33,068 nucleotides of DNA. Origin: Squatina squatina (Eukaryota). Below the pieces are notes generated by a model that saw only the letters and a program-made list of their open reading frames with translations, did no database searches and was not told the origin of the DNA. Both the position numbers and the translations under genes were made by a program. Location of the stretch: positions 9,763,568 to 9,796,635 of the forward strand of contig JARFOE010000234.1 of the NCBI GenBank assembly GCA_031763465.1, in the 5' to 3' direction. Of this stretch, positions 32,825-33,068 are shown one piece after another (the first letter of the stretch is position 1; each line of letters begins with the position of its first letter).

Positions 32825-33068
32825 TCAAGGGGTTAAAGCTCTGCGATTTGGCGAAGCACACTTGATATCTAAGTTAAAGTTGCAGTGCCTTGCAATATTG
32901 AAATTTGAATTATATCTATTCACGTAACAGGCCTTCTTGCAACTCTTCAACACCATAATCTGTTACTGCAGCTATTGTTAGGTGAACTGAGAAGAAGCCA
33001 CATTTCCCTATTGAATTAAAGATTTAATTATTATCTTCAAACTGTCCATGGGACAATTACTATCTATG

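Overview
Eukaryotic, AT-rich, repeat-dense vertebrate DNA. The repeat repertoire (CR1-type LINEs with gattctat/cataagaa tails, Deu-domain SINEs, a second tRNA-derived SINE with a LINE-derived tail, many PIF/Harbinger remnants) points to a cartilaginous fish, most likely a shark; this is recognition from memory, not a database result. The window is a patchwork of short contigs joined by twenty 100-N gaps and two 10-N gaps, so order and adjacency across gaps cannot be trusted. There is no complete gene. The main contents are a 1.6-kb decayed CR1 ORF2/3'UTR (10438-12023) and about ten smaller CR1/L2 fragments, several SINE copies, a decayed HARBI1-like transposase (6283-6775), other Harbinger-like ends and ORF remnants, a candidate solo LTR (26935-27671) and a 40-bp minisatellite. 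There is one good orphan coding-exon candidate (15841-16025, minus) and two weaker ones. I found no convincing new biological system. The most useful oddities are a contig with an exact 77-bp terminal repeat (732-bp loop: collapsed tandem unit or circle), a SINE carrying a LINE ORF2 C-terminus, a decayed Penelope-type hammerhead core, and an inverted pair of DR5-like nuclear-receptor sites.
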